Below, piece by piece: positions 62,553 to 64,000 of a stretch of DNA of 64,000 nt. The stretch comes from Candidatus Krumholzibacteriia bacterium (GTDB lineage Bacteria; Krumholzibacteriota; Krumholzibacteriia; Krumholzibacteriales; Krumholzibacteriaceae): contig CAWIIQ010000001.1 in NCBI GenBank assembly GCA_963836185.1, positions 1,504,001-1,568,000 of the forward strand, written 5' to 3'. Positions within the stretch are counted from its first letter, which is position 1, and each line of letters opens with the position of its first letter. The notes below the pieces were generated by a model. The model searched no databases and was not told the DNA's origin. It saw only the letters and a program-made list of their open reading frames with translations. A program made the position numbers and the translations under genes.

Positions 62553-62948
62553 CTAGAGTGTCCCGGGCTTTCCGACCTGCTTGATCTTTCCGAAGGCGGC
62601 CCAGGTATATGCTACCTTGTCGGATTTCGAGTATATGACGAATTCTACCGATTTTCCGTCCTTCAGGGCGGTACCGGATCTCGCCAGGGTCTCTTCTCCA
62701 TCCGTGACCATGATCCAGCCCCTTGGCGAGAACACGTCGACTATCGCCGCTTCCGGGTCGATCAGTCTGAGAGCGTATACGTCGTTGCCCGATGCTGTCA
62801 TCCGGAGCCTTACCATGAAGACACCGTCCTCCATGGCAGTGACGCTCTTGGTGATCTTCGGGGCGCCGGCTATTACGGCCTGACCTGCTATCACCATAAG
62901 CAGCAAAGCCGCGGAAACGACTATTGCTCTTTTCTTGAGTGCGGACAT
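62553..62948 (-). CDS. Small secreted hypothetical protein
   Basis: SD AAGGAG; signal peptide; beta-rich mature part. Confidence 0.7.
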   Translation of the reverse strand: MSALKKRAIVVSAALLLMVIAGQAVIAGAPKITKSVTAMEDGVFMVRLRMTASGNDVYALRLIDPEAAIVDVFSPRGWIMVTDGEETLARSGTALKDGKSVEFVIYSKSDKVAYTWAAFGKIKQVGKPGTL

Positions 62949-63195
62949 CTTATTAACTCCCTTTTGGTTACCAGAGATGCTTGATTTAGAGAGTGAGCAA
63001 ATGCGCTCAATGCCTTGCCCTGCACTTGATTATTATAGCATATTGCGTAATCCGTGTATAGGGGGTAAAATGTGCCTCAGGGGTGGAGATGCCTGTTTTT
63101 ATGGCATGTTACTTTCATTTATAGCAGAGAGACCCGGGAGCCGGAAGGCCGCCGGGAGGGGCGAAGGTATATATCTATTATCGTGAAGGACTTAT

Positions 63196-63558
63196 ATGCC
63201 CGGAAAGATTATGGTCGTCGATGATGAGATGCATCTTGCAAGGATACTGCAATTCACCCTGGAACATGCAGGCTATGATGTCGTGACCGCGTTTGATGGC
63301 AGGGAAGCTATCGATGCACTCGACAAAGAAGCGTTTGACCTCGTCATTCTCGATCTCATGCTTCCTGTAGTCGATGGTTACAAGGTCTGCAACATCATTA
63401 AGACGAGCGACAGGTTCAAGGATACTCCAGTAATCATCCTCTCCGCGAGAGACTTCGGACGGGAAGAGCTCGATGAACCCCTCAACGCAGATCTCCTCAT
63501 GGAGAAGCCGTTCAATACAGAGGATCTCCTCGATGAAATAGCCAGACTTATGGGATAG
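63196..63558 (+). CDS. Single-domain response regulator
   Basis: MVVDDE, LVILDLMLP..DG, ILSA, KPF. Confidence 0.92.
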   Translation: MPGKIMVVDDEMHLARILQFTLEHAGYDVVTAFDGREAIDALDKEAFDLVILDLMLPVVDGYKVCNIIKTSDRFKDTPVIILSARDFGREELDEPLNADLLMEKPFNTEDLLDEIARLMG

Positions 63559-63561
63559 GGC

Positions 63562-64000
63562 CTATACCGGCTGCATAAAGAGCGCGTCGTCGGTACCACT
63601 GCCGCCGGCTTTCGCCGTGTCGCGATCTGCGGAACCTGCGCAGATGCGCTGCTTTTTCTCTTCTATCATATTTTCGATAGAGATCCTCGTCTCCGCGGCC
63701 TCGGGTCCGGAAAGCATCGACAGGCTCTTCTGAAGGATCTCGATCTCATGTCTTTCTTTTTCCCTGGTATCATGGACGACGGTGTTCCAGATCGATTCAA
63801 ACTCTCCGAACGGCCCGGTACCGTTTGTCATCGATGTCTCGGGGTATCTGTTCTCTGCAGCTTTCCTGAGTCCTGACATGACTATGCCGAGAGAAATGAA
63901 CATCTTCGATGTGAGGAGTCTCGAAAGGAACCAGAAGGAGACGATGATGACACCGACAAATCCTATGGTATTGATTACGAGAAGAGATTTGAGCTTGGTG
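63562..64000 (-). CDS. Hypothetical membrane protein, 5'-truncated by window edge
   Basis: Frame stays open to the window end with hydrophobic segments upstream of the 63562..63903 ORF. Confidence 0.55.
   Translation of the reverse strand, partial: TKLKSLLVINTIGFVGVIIVSFWFLSRLLTSKMFISLGIVMSGLRKAAENRYPETSMTNGTGPFGEFESIWNTVVHDTREKERHEIEILQKSLSMLSGPEAAETRISIENMIEEKKQRICAGSADRDTAKAGGSGTDDALFMQPV

Noticed and set aside
63120-63175. Glycine-riboswitch-like AGAGAGAC...GAAGG upstream of the response regulator
   Set aside because: Lacks the CTCTCAGG element and tandem aptamer, and the gene context does not fit.

Overview
Gene-dense bacterial chromosomal segment with about 50 CDSs and one tRNA-Glu(TTC). 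I saw no CRISPR array, rRNA, integrase or transposase. Gene style (FlgD-Ig/T9SS-like C-terminal domain, GWxTD protein, PorT-like barrel, TPR Ser/Thr kinase, SWxxIK-tailed secreted proteins) suggests an anaerobic FCB-group organism such as Krumholzibacteriota/Latescibacterota; this is inference only. Main points: (1) a full-length but apparently catalytically dead DnaE (Pol III alpha) paralog that has lost the polymerase aspartates and, after one frameshift correction, ends on a QLSLF beta-clamp motif; (2) a tusA-arsR-mvhD-hdrA(L)-hdrA-wHTH-qmoC-dsrE operon without aprAB/hdrB in the window, next to a Moco-sulfurase-like desulfurase; (3) two tandem paralogous secreted proteins sharing a C-terminal GT[DE]E-x-SW-xx-IK-x-IH tail; (4) probable ATC and CTG start codons behind perfect Shine-Dalgarno sites; (5) a HisKA-REC protein lacking an ATPase domain; (6) a ychF-archease-rtcB operon. 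About ten single-base frameshifts, all in the first 30 kb, most likely reflect long-read assembly error, so genes were reconstructed across them.
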